The position numbers were made by a program, and so were the translations under genes. From contig LVLI01000565.1 of the NCBI GenBank assembly GCA_001687465.1, forward strand, positions 1 through 64,000: DNA of 64,000 nt, written 5' to 3'. Shown one piece after another: positions 24,601-37,352 of the stretch; the first letter of the stretch is position 1, and each line of letters begins with the position of its first letter. This stretch comes from Halocafeteria seosinensis. Taxonomy: Eukaryota. The notes under the pieces were generated by a model. That model searched no databases and was not told the DNA's origin. It worked only from the letters and a program-made list of their open reading frames with translations.

Positions 24601-24823
24601 CGCTTTCCGTAGCTGACAACCATCTCCGAGATGCCCCTTTCCACGACAGTCCATCATATTGTGCACCGAAAACACAGCAATTCGTCCCAGAAGTGTACAC
24701 ATGCAGAGCAGACCTATTTAAAGCGCTATAGCTCCCCGAATATCGTACTACTCTGGAATTGTGAATGTCCAAGCGAGACTTGTCCAGCGTATATCGAACC
24801 AATGACGACCGTATCCGTATCAT
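21626..24823 (-). CDS. Probably mitochondrial helical-repeat (FAST/OPR/HPR-like) RNA-binding protein with a C-terminal RAP domain
   Basis: R/S-rich N-terminus; about 37-aa repeats (FSDKGLSNILHAFTRLG, FTTQGLANVSWGLAQLG, LTPQQTSMVIYSCGRLR); RAP-like ADFAIP...GWTVVRIPFYRW. Confidence 0.85.
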   Translation of the reverse strand: MIRIRSSLVRYTLDKSRLDIHNSRVVRYSGSYSALNRSALHVYTSGTNCCVFGAQYDGLSWKGASRRWLSATESADLTHVLEGFRAQDPVQLSDSIQILYYQGPETLAKAIQSYERQNHDFEQREKTERLRNVVVGAEPLIPNPPTEIHISPEEANRRLETICTLFMRHANHGHGRSKGATLEEEQEAINAIVLTDAIREVAKLVPYTELRTDYAWVRSLLKFAGDYISRAPEKVMPRLLGALAFSGSRLRKNVRVDDLINSVSYCIREQARKGKHWKWKAKDISSIAYSYGQLGKAPTDVLQILGDSATPKVASFSDKGLSNILHAFTRLGFVHETLLRELPGKWNTNLPQASPQAITTVVNAFRNTSLKNEEQVKQFLAEVLAQSLPRLDDFKTMEMINLFWGMARTNQGDESFLRVAVEHAQKRLHEFNRQDLCLLLHGIASMRLRSGTSKLLVEIADKLLPICHQLTPQQTSMVIYSCGRLRLVHRSLLDAVSNHASSIHEQFTTQGLANVSWGLAQLGWRKESLMHLLANEAAAKLKKMASSEIAMLADAVAKLQIRADFLMHNFALEGSLRVASFSMQDLGILCYSLALSGNTRRLNLLFDAVAFSMDSRIDEVRTNDAINLLWAFSIGMYFDEHAMRQLLGRVDAEELQSESVTKAALFRLQTVLLVLEHLTPFPELHRELSKGTRDLALGALNKVVQSEVISASGALSPEEMDENTDSRQITESQLESRKLTSAVVLHETEGAPRGSSIATPSVDLQPLRSKRLRRQIVNGLDAFLSRTPNPQWQTSALKYNMRERADKANSDTDPTALSDISREVEGINSSELLAPPDCLSGKQFVESFQTELGLVADFAIPEDRVAIIAEGAENFRPLHKSAKRTVSKYMKDLLEAPARFANHPAEPHDWHTVGDGHFAMPESGMMFPGITEKRENTAKGSNVQRQRAVQELFGLGFQAGRELDEHIRLLPVLLTHHLLLEANGWTVVRIPFYRWQAQKAFDVGVHRMTSANIPDGSGKSANTFFSNPLPSDTSNDVFPSQAYYLQRQLRAAYGAFAAQIVPCTV

Positions 24824-25110
24824 TTCTACGTTCTACCGGCATCACTGCACCGGGATGTACAATCAACGACGCATATTCAAACTTATCAGGTAGTGCGACA
24901 ACGCAATCTAACCCTAATAAACTAAAACGGGGTACTACGTAGATTCTGTGAAGGTGCACCCGGTAACCCTATGAACCATACAACTTATGATACAAGGTAT
25001 GCTCCTCGGGAGTCTCGCTCGCGGCCCGTGGACCACAAAGTTAGCCTTAATTATTCTTTGGCAAATGTATATTGTACGCACTACGCGCATATGAGTAATT
25101 AAGTGGAGAG

Positions 25111-26098
25111 TTATTCCGTTTGCTCGGTTTCACTTTGGTTTAATACACCGCGGTAGTGCTCGACAGTTGATAACGCTGACTTTAGTTCTTGACGCAATTT
25201 TAGAAACGTCTCTCTGGACATTGCCAGATTTATAGTATCACTGTGCAATCGCTCTCTTTGCGAACTTAACTGTTTATCACCGGTATTGTCGACCGTTCGG
25301 AACGCCCTTTCTAATCGTTGGGCGATATCTGGGGATGTTTGTACAGACGGAAACTTGGATTGGTTATCAGCATGGTTGCTGGCCGATCCTGTTCCTTTCG
25401 TTGCTAGCTTTACCTGAACCCCCAATTCTTCTGGAGTACGCCGAGGAGGTGGATGTCTACTATCATGGCTCGTAGAAAGAGATAACTGGACACGTCGATG
25501 TTGTAGTCCCGTGGGTTGATAATTTGATGCAACACAGCAATCCACCCTCCAACTAATTTTTTCTAACCGCGGCAGTGGGAGCGTTTCCTTCGTTAGTGTT
25601 TCGCATAGTGCCCCTTGGTTACTTCTATAGGGTCTCGAAATACCATCCGCACTTTCGGCTGGAATTCCTAATTGCTGGAGCTCTCTGTTAAAGACAGCCG
25701 GATCAATGTTGTTTCTCGCAGCATTAAAGATCAGAAAGTTGGTGGCGGCTAAAAATGCATTCATATCACTCTCTTCGAATCCTTTGTCTTTGGGTGTTAA
25801 TCGCCTTACTTTGGCGAAATCAATGTCTCCTCCTAACAGTCTTTGTATGATTTGTTTACAGATGAGTTTAGTTCTCACACACGACTGCAGACCCAAGCAC
25901 AGCAGAAATAACCTTTAAAACAAGGCATCAAACATCCTCAATAATCCAAGACATACCAATTTAGCCATCGTGGGAATCTCTCCCAGGAGCCAATCAGGCA
26001 CATCTTGGTCTCCACAGAACCGATATCTCTGCGCAAATCACGTCGCATAGAACAAGAATGAAGCATCAAATGCACACAGCCAATCCATGACATACCAT
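25111..26098 (-). CDS. COMMD4: COMM domain-containing protein 4
   Basis: An ATG-only first coding exon (26096-26098) splices to [24 protein letters not shown]; then [10 protein letters not shown] and [12 protein letters not shown]. Confidence 0.88.
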
Positions 26099-26276
26099 GA
26101 TGATGACAAGAGAGGGGCGAAATACACACACTGTATACTATAACAAACCAATGCCTTTTAGTAGCCTTATATACCCGGACCAGGCTTATTCAGTGTAGTG
26201 TACATTAGAGTGGATTGTTGGTTGTCCCTAAACCTGGTTGTCATAATCATATTATCTTTATAATTTGTGTCTATAA

Positions 26277-28674
26277 TGATGATGTCGGCAAGTGCTTCCA
26301 ATGGACGAAGAGAGGAGGAGGAGGATGTGAACATGATGGTGGATGAGGAGCAAGAAGACGACAAGGAGCAAGACAACCATAAGGAGGAAGAGGGAATCGA
26401 ACAGACTCAAGGGTACGGCCTGTATAGACCTCCCGAATCAACGTACGCGTCGTCCCAGAAGGGCGAAGGACTCTATGGACCGCAAAGCAAGGAATCGGAA
26501 ACCCTCCTGGAGTACATATTTAAACTCACGAAAACGCAAAAGGAAAAACTCTATCGGAATTCCTGGGCAACACAGACGATTCTCCAGGCTCTTCCGCCTC
26601 TCTGCCAGCAGTAAGATTGGTGTCCTGTAGGTCTGGGTGGTGCTGGTCAATCCTACTGTTCTAATTTTGTGTGCGCAGAATTATCATGCGTCTATTACTG
26701 ATCACTGCCCCAGTGCATAAATCGTTCTTGCTTCGCTGGATGAAACAGACAAAAAAGCGTTCTGATACACAGATGAAGAATGGTGTGGAAGAACAGGGAA
26801 AAGAAAACACGGATAAAGGGAAGCGAGAAGAACCTAATACTCAGATGGAGAATGCTATTGAACGGGTGCGTGACTAACGAGTATTGAGATAGATCTCGAT
26901 AGGGAATCTTGTGATCTATACTGACCTGGTAGTGCAGCTTGTTGATTTAAACATACTTTTACGGTCAGATAAGGAGAATCCCCAAACCGCTTACGACTAC
27001 GAGGGAAATCCTCTTGAGCAAACGGCTGATGCTATTAGTCTAACAGAGGATTTTCGCGTTAGTGTCAAGGTATGCAGAGAGAACTCTAGTCCGTTGGCGA
27101 TAAGTAGTACACTTGACTGCGGATCAACCTCCAGGATATTCTGTTACGCATGCACTCTACCCCCTGGCAAAATGAGCAAGAGCAGCTCTTAGAGGTTTTG
27201 AGTGCAAATGACTTTCCCTCCATTGAATGGATTGAGAGGGAGGCCGCAAAGCGGTGGTACAATGTTCTGGAGTTTCTTTTAGGTGAAGAAAACAAGCAGT
27301 CTCCGGATCCTCACGTGGTGAACTTGCTTTTGTCAACTGAACTAATCGCTTCCAGGAAAAAGCATAGCAAGTCTAGCCATTCCCAGAGCAACAAGTTAGA
27401 GGAATCCGTTGACGAATCAGCACTCTATGAAAAGTATCTGGAAAAACGAAATCAAGAACTAAAGAAGGTGCTGCGTGGAGGACCTGTGTATATAACGAGA
27501 AAAGGCTACCGATTTCTACTTGAGGACGTAGGGGTGCAGCTATGGACGTTTATTTCCGAGTATGTGCAGACCGCGGGAGCGCGCGGTATGGCTCCGAACG
27601 ATATTTTAGCGTTTTTGTTTCGTCTAGGGTAAGCAGGTGGTTTCTTTTGGCGTGTAGATTTGTGATATAATCTGTCAAGCGTTCGCAGATACTGCAAACT
27701 GGGCGTTCCTTATCCTGTATCGGTGCTCACCCCGCTTGAGCGGATACTTCTGAAAGATCTTTCAAGTTTAGGAATGGTATATTTGACTTTGGATCACTCA
27801 AACCAAAGAGAACTGTAAGGAGTGTTTGTCTGCAGCCAGTTATATACATCCTTTTGCTAGTGCAATCTTTGCTTGCAGTTTTTACGTTACCTCGCTCGCA
27901 ATAGCCCTGACGCATCCTTCAAGCGACGAAATGCACTCGGGTGACTCACAGGATGAGGAATCACATAACCACGCAGCTGCCGGTGAAACCCGAGTAGGAG
28001 GCGAACTAGCAAAGGGTGGCTTCAAGGCTGTAGTCGAGGAGGAGGAAGGGAAAAAGCATTCTGCCCCAACTGCACATCGTGTGACCGGAGTAATGGAAGC
28101 ACTTCGCAACATGCCGAGCGCCATAAGTATGGAGTTAATTGTGGAAAAGAATTTCAAGATCTTTGCTTATACAACAAGGGAATTGCATGTATCTCTTCTT
28201 AGTCTGTTCGCCAAAGTTGACGCGTTGCTTCCGGATATTGTCGTCGCTAAACTGACCAGAAGGAGCGTTGGTCATGCTCTAGATATGGGTATCACAGCAG
28301 ATCAGATCATTCATTTCTTGAGTCAGAGAGTACATCGTGAGATGGCTAAATACAATCTATCGATTCCCAATAACGTCGAGGACCAGTTGCACATATGGGA
28401 ACGGGAGAGAACGCGGGTTAAGTACCATGACGCAACCTTGCTAAGTGGCTTTGCGAGCAAGAAGCAGTTTTTCTCTGTGCGTGGGCACTGTCACCACATA
28501 GGATGTTTACTTCGATCTAATGAAGAAAACCAAATCCTCGTAGTTAAGCCAGAGTCAGTACAGGATGTGCTCGGTTTTATGGAGCACGCTGACGCCGGCG
28601 ACGACGAACCGTCCGAAGAAGAAGACGATTACCTTGAATACGCCTCAGAAGAAAGCGAAGACGAAGTTTATTAA
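26277..28674 (+). CDS. GTF2H4: TFIIH subunit p52/Tfb2, multi-exon
   Basis: LPPLCQQIIMRLL, ITRKGYRFLLEDVGVQLW, IVEKNFKIFAYT, GITADQIIHFL, IPNNVEDQLHIWERERTR. Confidence 0.93.
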
Positions 28675-29074
28675 GTGGTGCATTTAAACACGCAATCTTC
28701 ACCAAAGTTTAATCGGATCCATAGAATACGGTTGTGGACAAAAAGATCCAGCTTATCCTGAGGATATCAGAGACTTCAAGAAGATACCTAATTTGCGGTC
28801 CTGGTTTCTCGGGTATTACCGAGGCGTACTGAGCGCATTTGCCGAGAAAGACCATCTCGTATATGAAGCAATAGTGTGCATCCGTGATGTCAGTATCTCG
28901 TCCAGCTGATGCTAGCTAGACTCGGACTAACAAACAAGTCAAGGCTCGGAACTAGACGGCACACGAGCAGTGTCATGTTAACCCACGCGATTTTCGTAAG
29001 AAATCTTAGGCCGACAAAATGGCAGAAGACTTTGAGTGCTTGGTCCAACTTCATATGTGAATGAAAAGGAATGC

Positions 29075-31361
29075 TCACGTCGCGTACGCAGCTGGCAATC
29101 CATCTTGGTAAAATGCTTGTCGTATGGCCAAAGTGTAAGCTAACCAACCACTGATCCATGCAGAAGATGGTGAATACTTAACCACTTCGTCAGAGTCTCT
29201 TCGTGTCGTTGATGGAGCGTATGAGTACCGAGAGCTATCGCGGGAGCGCTTTCTCGGTGTCAACGACATTTCCCGAGTACGCAAATCAACGTCGCGTCGC
29301 TTTTGAAATTCTCTGAACACTCTTTGCGAAGGTGTTTCCTCATCTTCGTCCAAGTCTGAAAATAAATTGGCATCAGTCTCCGTTTCCGCGTTGTTTTCGC
29401 TGCAAGTTTCACCATTTACCGCCCTGTCGGAGTACTGAACTAACCTCTCCAAGTCCATTGCACCCATTGCTGCTCGGGATACAGATTTAAGGGCGCTCAG
29501 TGTTGCCTCCTCGATGTTGTCGAAAGACTCACACGAGGAACCGAAATGGGGACTATACGATGCCGCGTGGCCTGCTGCTTGCACGGAAAAAGCTATTGGA
29601 TTTACGCCTTTTCTAACCACCCACGGGCAGCATGCCCGGTGTTCCAGTAGGGGATGGAAGGTTGCACTGCTTTCCGAATCCATGCTATGTCCAGAGTTTC
29701 GTCCTGTTTTGCCGAACCTGGAAACGGACGAAGCGCTGTCACAAGCTGACAAAGCGGCGGCAGCAGCTTTGAGATAGCGTGAAGATTCGAGTCCTCTAGA
29801 TTCACCCGTGTCCGATGACGGACGTCTCTTGTAAGACACTTGCAATAACTCAGCCAATGAATATGTTTGTTGGCACCAGTGACAGACCAATGCATGCAAA
29901 CCTTTCGGAGAATGTGTTCCAGTCGTCACCACATCCCACCCAAAGAGAGCGAGGACTTCAGGCGCGGCCTCTTTAAACAAGAGATCTTCGCATGTTTCTT
30001 CACAGGATCCTAGGTCTGCAATTGATAGCTCTCGTTCCCCAATGTCGCTGTCTGAAACCACTGCTGAAGTTCCTTTTCTTGAGGTTTCCGTATATCGTTT
30101 CAACGCGTCCAGGAATTTGTCACGCCCATCAGAATCTCTCGATGTTAGCCAACGCAGGAGGGTGATAAGGAGCAACACTTCATCAAGGGAAGTGATCCCC
30201 CTGATTCTCAGCTGCTCCACACAATTAGATAGTTCAGACCGAAAGCTTCCTTGCTGACATACTGGTTGTGCCTCTGGGCCTCTTGAGAAAAGGCGCACTG
30301 TAGACATATTACTACGTTGAGACCCCAAGTTTCCGCTAGTTACTGATTCAGAAAATATGGATCGGAGGCTCTGAATAGCTTTCGATATCCCTGGATGTAG
30401 TTTTATCAACTCTGTTAGTTTATCCTTCTGTCTCTCCGCAGCCAGGCGCTCGAGGTAGCTTCTGATTCTCTGGCCACGTTGAACTGTACTCTGGATTAAC
30501 TTGGTCCCAGGGACCGGCCTTAACTGGCCAAAAGATGATGGACAAGGGTTTACATTCCATGGGCAGTGTTTCCTGTGTCCTCTGGTTAATTCTCGCCGAA
30601 ATTCGGTAGCTTCTTCCTGTAGTGTGGCAGCACTTCCGCCAGATGTACTTTTGAAAAATGCATGGGCATGGCACCTGGAATTCCACCAACAATGTAAGTT
30701 CTTTACTCGGTCTTCGAGAAACTGATATAACCACTTACGACGTGCAATACAATTCATCAACACCTATGTTTATCCATCCATACCGAGCACATCTAATGGC
30801 ATTAACTGAATCTGGTTTTCCAAACCAGGTACGACTGGAAAATGTTTTTAGGCGAGCCATGAAATCGGATCGGTTTAGAGGTCTACATCGTTTGAGCTCT
30901 GTAGGCAAGCTATCAGTCTTCAATTGTTGCTGAAGGTTCGTCATGTAGCTCTTTCGTCCCGGGGAGATGCTGTTTGCAGCAGACTGGGGGCTCTCCTTCT
31001 CCGCGGTTTGCCGGTCGCGGGAAAACTTATGTGGAACTCCTGCCTTATCTAACAAAATTTCGAGTCTCCGTAATGCCCTTCCATGCTGATTCTCATCGTC
31101 ACCGTCATGTGTTGTTGTTGCGTAGTCCTCCCCAGGAATCCCATTCAGAGTCCCCTCTTCAGAATCCGGAGAGGTGACCTGTCTCCATTGATTAAGCACC
31201 TTCTCGAAGTAGTCTGAAGTCACATGTTGACTGTCCATATCGTATACTGCAGTGGGATCATCATGAGAGACTGCTGAAGCCGAGTTGCCATTCACAATGG
31301 AAGACGAAGTGGCGGCAGCTGCTGCTGCCGCAGCAGACGATGACGACGACATAGCATTCAT
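29075..31361 (-). CDS. NIPA/ZC3HC1/Rsm1-like protein with two C3HC zinc fingers
   Basis: CRPLNRSDFMARLKTF...WFGKP...CARYGW...LYCTSC...HRKHCPW; second finger LALFGW...LVCHWC...FHPLLEHRACCPW. Intron about 30676-30738. Confidence 0.88.
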
Positions 31362-31576
31362 GAGACCTCCTGATTGTCCTAAAATCATCACAATCATACA
31401 GCATTATAGTGAAATAAGCTTCTGGAAGATGCTTCTAACCGTGCAAACAAATCGTTGCCTTTTCATATTTTCTGAAGGAAACATTCGCCTCCTATATCCA
31501 GTGATCGTGAGTGTCTTTCTCACTCTCACTCCAGTATCAGACCCCTTGCAACTCGTGTGTCTCGCAAGCACGAAGC

Positions 31577-32672
31577 ATGGCCTCCGACCAGCAGGGGCAG
31601 CAACAAGGGCAAGGGCCTTTTTCGGAAGGAGAAAGCGCCGCAGCTCCTCAGGCCCAGCAGGAAGCTCCACAGCAGAAGAAACGGTACGTTTTCCCCTGAA
31701 CAGGCAGGCCGAAAGTCAAGAAAGATGCGTTCAATGGGACCTAAACTAAGCCTATGTATGTGCTGTGGCTGGCAACAGAAATACATTCATCGTGGACTGG
31801 GACATCAAAAATGCTCTGCGGCTTCTGCGAGGCGTGAATATGGTCAATGGAATGCTTATGATTGCTTTAGGTGCGTTCATCAAGTTTCCCAGCGGTGCCC
31901 AATGTGGATCACTCTTTGAATGTGTGTCGACTGGGTGCAGGACTGTTTGTATTCATAACTGAAATTGGCGATCTGGGCCTTGCCACTGGCACGTTAGCAT
32001 TGTATTTAGTGTATGTTAAAGCTTTTAGAGATAATCTTGGTTACACCATTCATACCTCAGTTTATCGTTCTCTCCACCTCTACAGAGCATTTGGAATTAT
32101 AATGACTTGCGTGGAGTGCAACATCGGGAATCTCCAAGATATGGTCCGAGCCCAGTGCGGGTTCCTGTTTAACTACTGGGGAAGGACGATCTTTATCTTC
32201 TTGTAAGTGACGGGAAACGTGCACTCCTAGGACAATGTATTGATGTTTTTGACATGGCTCTTGACTATGACAGTGCTGCTACCCTATCCCTTTCAATCGG
32301 AGACACGTTCGGTTACGTGCTTGGGTCAGTCTCTGCAGTGACAGGTCTGCTAAATTTATATGTTATTTGCGTGTAAGTTCCACCAATGAGTTGTTACTGC
32401 TTTATCCCTTAGATTTTGATATGGTCGCTACATTGTGTCCAACGTTTTGCAGCCATCCCAAGTTTCGAGATGGAAGTGTCTCCAGGTCGTGGGATCCTTT
32501 CGTTACATACACTGGTGGTGAGGAGGAGATGGTGGCATATCTGAAACGGAACCCTGAACTAGCTCGTAAGGCGGGCAGCAGTGTAGCCACGGCCGCTAGG
32601 AACAACCCCGAACTTGCAAGGTCTGCTTACGAGGGGGCAACACATCAACAACAGCAACAACCTCGCCGCTAG
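31577..32672 (+). CDS. COPI-associated Golgi membrane protein (TVP15/COPI_assoc family), multi-exon
   Basis: Four hydrophobic segments; FGIIMTCVE...CGFLFNYWGRTIFIF motif; C-terminal HPKF. Confidence 0.8.
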
Positions 32673-32947
32673 AGTAAGACTAAGCAACGGAGATCATTAT
32701 GCCCACGTATGCGGAGATTCATCTTATACACGGAAATAAGGAGAGATGGGACAGTCGTCTCTCTCAAATATACATCAATGTTGAGTGTACGCCAGCGGCA
32801 ATGTATACCTTGTTGCGTTTAAGGTGCATTGCAAGCTTGGGTAATCGCTATTGTAACGCCACACATACGTCCTCAGAACAGAGCAGTAATTTACATGTAA
32901 TGTGGAACGAAGCAAGATTTTCGATGTTGATTTCGCAACAGAAATTA

Positions 32948-33514
32948 TCACGTTGTCCGTGTTGATATGCCTCGTCGACTTAGGCATAACCAGCCGGGTA
33001 GGCATGGAGTGCCGCAGTTTCTTCTTTGCTTGGCGGAAGGAGCTGCGTCAGAAAGCAACCTTTGTGAACATTTAGGGTCATGAGGCAAACCGCCCGTGCG
33101 AACATGTCGGTAAACACAGATTCTGTTTGCATCCAGCTCTTCTCCCCATGAGTTCGAAATAATTTCTTCCATGTTAGGGGAGGTAGCGCTTGACATCTTT
33201 TGCTTTTGATGCTGATATCTGTGGATCACATCTTCTGCGAGAGCCTCAATCCCCCCAGCCAAGTGCGTGTGGTCGGCAGTGCGGAGGGACATCATAGACC
33301 CCACAGCGCTTGCATCAATTCGCCCTATCCCACCTGAACTCGGCTCAGCTAGTTCTTCACCTCCTCGTATCCCAACAGCAATAAAGCTCTTAAACGTGCA
33401 TAGCCAACCGCAGGAACAACAGGACGCGACCCTGGCGACCATGGAGATACAGAATCCAGTGATAGCAAAGAAAGAAACTTTAAATATATAACCGAAAACG
33501 ATAGAAATGAACAT
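32948..33514 (-). CDS. Hypothetical protein with a hydrophobic N-terminus
   Basis: 188-aa ATG-initiated ORF only; no recognised motif. Confidence 0.35.
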   Translation of the reverse strand: MFISIVFGYIFKVSFFAITGFCISMVARVASCCSCGWLCTFKSFIAVGIRGGEELAEPSSGGIGRIDASAVGSMMSLRTADHTHLAGGIEALAEDVIHRYQHQKQKMSSATSPNMEEIISNSWGEELDANRICVYRHVRTGGLPHDPKCSQRLLSDAAPSAKQRRNCGTPCLPGWLCLSRRGISTRTT

Positions 33515-34859
33515 TATTTACAATCCCAAAGCAACAAGTAGCAGAGCCGTCCGAAGTATACACGGATCACCAAAGGAACCCGAGGAAACGAAACTCCTCA
33601 AGCGAAGCCTGGACGTAGACCGCTCCTTGTTAAGAGGACGCGGTCAATTCCCCGGCCGGTGAGCTATCTGTCACATTTGTGTGTGCTGGACGTTGGGTGA
33701 GTGTATCCACATGGTGACTTCAAACATTCACAGCAACACGTATTGATACTAGAAAGATCATCCCTGTGAACCCCAAGTATCGTCTTACGGCAGTCGGAGC
33801 ACTCGCCGTCCCACTTGTATACAGGGATGTCCGTAGATGTATGTCTCTCGTCATTTGGTTGGATAAGATAAGTTTTGAATCGTTTGCAAGTCCTCTGAAT
33901 TCACATGGCACTGCAAAAGCTCAGTCTGCGCTTTAGAAAGAAGTAAGATTGGATCACCCGAAGAAATATCTTCAATATCGCAGTACTCAGTGATTAACTG
34001 TACTCACTTACGTTCGAAAGCTCAATAGTTACTCGTGGTACCGCCGAGAGAAGGTAGGTCACGAGTCCCACCACGGACCATACGGGAACAGTTATGAGTG
34101 TCTTCAGGCAATCCTGTCAATCAAGCGGGGAATCTAAGAAGCTGACTCGAGTTACGCTCTTCTTCCCTTGGGTACCTAGCAGTGGGCTGAGTGCCAGTAC
34201 GATCAGGTTTAGTAGGGGATAAAATCAATGAGACAATCCTGAGGACAGCGACCAAGACGAACGAAAAGCCTGTCGAAGCATAAATCGGCGAGGGATCAAA
34301 ATCATCTTGGTAAGTACAACCGTAGCGCACGTAACACTTTTCCACGGAACGTGCAAATTCTCCTTCTTAGAGCACTCGTCACAGGGACAGCAAAATGTCG
34401 CATATTGGCGCCTCCAAACTCTCAGAGATTTTACAATTGTACTGATTACGGTTTTTCCTGTCTCCAAGAAGACACGTCCAAGTCTTTTCCAAGGGGCCAT
34501 TAATATTTTTCCCCATTCTCCTGTGGCATTTCCTGTAACAGTACTGGGCACATTACTTGCTGCCATTAGAGTCCCCGAGGCGCCGTAAGCAGCCATCAAG
34601 GGCTGTTTTCCGTCCTCCTGCCGCTGAGGCAGTTGGAGCATTTGATAGGGAGTCAGTCCCCTTATGTGAACGGTGGACGAGCGTGACTATACCGATACGC
34701 TCTCCGGAGCCTACTCTTTGCGATTTAGATCGATAGACATGGGAGAACTTTCCCAGAAACGGGCAAAAACATTGGGTGAACACTCCGTCATACATAAGAA
34801 AAGCTTCCATAGTAAATGCTGGAGTGCATTGAGCATTGGGTGTATTTTCAGGTTGAGAG

Positions 34860-36674
34860 TCAATGCTCTTTATAAAGCGTAAACTCATCCAACAGGCTGT
34901 CGTCTTTAGATGCATGGAATCCCCAGTGCAGAGTAGTAGAGTTATAAATCGTCAACATGCCATATCCGAAGTTAGCATTATTCTTCATAACGTTCCACTC
35001 GGGGTGTTGCTCAAACCAGTAGGGCGTGTGCCATTCCGTGTTTCCTGCTGCGCCGTTTACGATGTACGTAGTAGCTTTCGGATTGTTGTACGTCTTTTCT
35101 GCTACAGTTTTGTAGACGGGCCATTGGCGTTCGTAAGAATGCTGATGTCCGCAGAAGTAGATGTCAACTTGATACTTCTTAAACAGATCTTCCACCGCCT
35201 TAGACAGGGCTGCAGGAGGTCCAGTAAGGTTACCGTCTTTATTAACATTCAGTATACTATATACAGGGCGGTGACCTCCAACAAGAATCCATGGCCGAAG
35301 ATGACGAGAGGCGTTAGCTTCACGCAAGTCACGTTCCAACCACTCAAGCTGATTGCCAAAGCCGCCATTCTTGAACATATGAAGAATCTCATCATGCGGG
35401 GCTCCTTCGAAATCTGTCTCGGTGTCAATATTCACAAAGTGAACGGGACCATAATTAAAGCTGTACCACATGTTTTCACCGTGAGCTCCACTCTCCTCCG
35501 CCGGCATGCGGAACCGACTGTTGTAAGCGGTGAAATTCTGTAAGGACTGTCCGTAGGTGCTATTGAGCACGCATGGAAGCGAGTGGCACTCAGCTGCAGA
35601 ATCATTGTAGACAGTCAACCAGGTAGTGAATAACGGGGCAGCACGGTGAGGTAGAAGAAAGCCATACCTTCATGATTGCCAGGAAGCACCATGTACGGCT
35701 TGTACGCAGTAACATTCTCCATCCACCTCATGTACTCATTCCACGTCTGTTTAGTTCCAGTCACCGAAATATAAGATTCCAGGATGGAAGCCGTTCGCTT
35801 AAGCGGAGCCGTACCTTTTCATAGTAGAATTCCGTCAGGTGGTGAACAAAGGCATCATCGGCATAGCTCTGTGTCAGTAAGAGCAAATTGCGTGTGATTC
35901 TATCAACCCACGTAAATTTTACTCCCGTAAAACTTACGATATCCCCTAAATGCCAAATAAGCGAATACTGCAACCACGCGGGGATACACTTCATAAGTAT
36001 TGGATCATGAATTGTGCCACTGAAAAAAAAACATACGTCAGTGTATCGCCGATCAATCGCTGCGCGCGTATTATCACTGTTATAAATTCCCATGTCACCT
36101 GCATCCGGACTAAAAACGACCCACACAGGATGACATAAATAAATAAAAACATAATTGCATAGGAAGACGTACCGTATACCATGAGTGTTAATGGAAGTTG
36201 TCCTTCACCTTCCGGTGCCGTAACAAAAGAGTATTCGTTACTGAAGCCAGCGTCAGCATCGCCGACGATGTAGTAGTACCTAGTACCGGGTTGCAATTGC
36301 TGGAGTACGACATGATGGTTCCACGTCTCCAAGTAGGAAGAGGATCTACCAATTGCTTGGTGCGGGTAGTGGCCGCTTTGGTTACCGTATTTAACCATTG
36401 ACGTCGCCGTTTCGCTATCGGTTAGCCAACTGATAGACATGCCATTACTTATTCCTGAGGATGTCTGACCTGCTAAGGCTATGTGAATCTGCTGAGGCAG
36501 ATTGTTGCCAGATTTACTGGATGAACCGCGTAAATGAGCCTTCAGGGCACTACCCGGTGCCATTTGCTGAGCAGAGAATCGCGCTCCAAAGGTCTCCTGT
36601 TCCTCTCCCCGGGCCCCAAAGGCAACAGAGAGGGCCACCATGAGTGGTAGTATGATAACTTTGTGCAAGAGCAT
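34860..36674 (-). CDS. Secreted purple acid phosphatase, paralog 2
   Basis: Signal peptide MLLHKVIILPLMVALSVAFGARG; motifs GDMG, GDISY, GNHE, GGHRP, GHQH; strong similarity to 1522-3326. Confidence 0.93.
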
Positions 36675-37352
36675 CGTTCTTACCCTCACATGGAAAATAC
36701 CGTAATGGAGCAGTCCGCGGAGTCGCTTCTGAGCGCTGCTCCTCCTCCCAACTGTGCAAGTCAAGGAACTCAGGATTCCTTGAGATAGATAAATAGGCTC
36801 ACTGCACACATCAATCTGCGCAGATTTTCGAAGGATAGACCGGGACCGTCCATTCATGGTGGCAAAACAAGCTAGCCCTCCGGCGGCCTCCGCTCAGTAG
36901 TGTGTGAAAAGATTGTCCTGTCGCGGTGGCATTTTTGAAGTTGGTCCTTGTTTTAGTCTCTGTTTGCGTCTAGTTGATGCATTTTATGCGTCTAACTATG
37001 TTGAATTAGTCTGCCTTTTCTTAGAGTTGGTCTCTTTGAGTTTCATTCAAAGTGTAGGGCAGTAGTATAGCTCTGCATACGGGGGAACAAACTGTACTTT
37101 CTTTGAACTCCTGGGGCATTCAAAGGTAAGACGGCTCTTTTTACAGTATGTTTAGGATATTACACATCCGCACAGTATGTTCGATGGACAAAATTGTTGT
37201 TTATCCCTCCATTAATGGATAGTCTTGTGTCCCATAGTTCCTTGGAAGGCATGAAAATGGCTACCAAAGACAGTGGTTAACGGGCGTGGAACACCTACAT
37301 CGTCAATTCCTCCGTTTCCATTGTTTATGTCCTGACAGATTGAACGGATGAC

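Noticed and set aside
33595..33664. tRNA-like 3' stretch (GGTCAATTCCCCGGCCGGTGAG)
   Set aside because: No canonical GTTC T-loop, and no matching acceptor, D or anticodon stems could be built.
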